Positions 63,754 through 64,000 of a stretch of 64,000 bases of DNA are shown here, one piece after another (position 1 is the stretch's first letter; every line of letters starts with the position of its first letter). Under the pieces are notes generated by a model, which was not told the DNA's origin, did no database searches, and was given only the letters and a program-made list of their open reading frames with translations. A program made the translations under genes and the position numbers. Origin of the DNA: Gracilinanus agilis (Eukaryota); the NCBI RefSeq assembly GCF_016433145.1, contig NC_058132.1, positions 82,631,194 to 82,695,193 on the forward strand, given 5' to 3'.

Positions 63754-64000
63754 GTCCACAAGGAAATCCCCAAGCTCCTGGAACCCCCTGATCTCATTAC
63801 CTCTTCCAGTCCCTTAACCCTGGACCTGACAGCTACAGGGAAAACAGAGAATCTCAGTTTGCTGACCAATACATCTGTCCAGCCTGAAATCTCAAAGGGG
63901 TTGATTCCTACCCCTAGTCCTTTGCCAGCAAGAAACTCTGGGAATAATAATATCACTACTCCTTTGCCATCGATTCTGTCTCATCATGATACCATCCCTA
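63754..64000 (+). CDS. KIAA0319L: KIAA0319L/AAVR exon 4, partial (runs off the window)
   Basis: Acceptor tgtgtttctttag|GTC; open frame VHKEIPKLLEPPDLITSSSPLTLDLT...SVQPEISKGL matches the recalled human VHKAITISSPLTTDLT...SVQPEISEGL. Confidence 0.92.

Overview
Mammalian genomic DNA, most likely from a didelphid marsupial (opossum-like), judged from many SINE1_Mdo-like and Mar1-like SINEs and marsupial L1. It covers the syntenic block TFAP2E - NCDN - KIAA0319L. TFAP2E exons 1-2 lie on the minus strand and the rest of that gene is beyond the left edge. NCDN (neurochondrin, minus strand) is complete: six coding exons, 2139 nt, 712 aa. It shares a CpG-island bidirectional promoter with KIAA0319L (AAV receptor, plus strand), whose coding exons 2 and 3 and part of exon 4 are present, with a repeat-filled 36-kb intron 2. 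Highlights: (1) a unidirectional, roughly 21-bp-periodic array of GTGATRTCACGA/TCGTGA motifs in the NCDN 5' leader; (2) apparent absence of the human-type Cys3/Cys4 N-terminal NCDN isoform (GTG instead of ATG, plus a frame offset); (3) a hAT MITE carrying a 71-bp exact copy of nearby host DNA; (4) an ORF1-only L1 inserted into a SINE, with two nested TSD pairs; (5) a longer KIAA0319L linker; (6) motif-dense candidate enhancers. Comparisons with human genes and repeat-family names are from recall, not searches. Repeat boundaries are approximate unless TSDs are cited.
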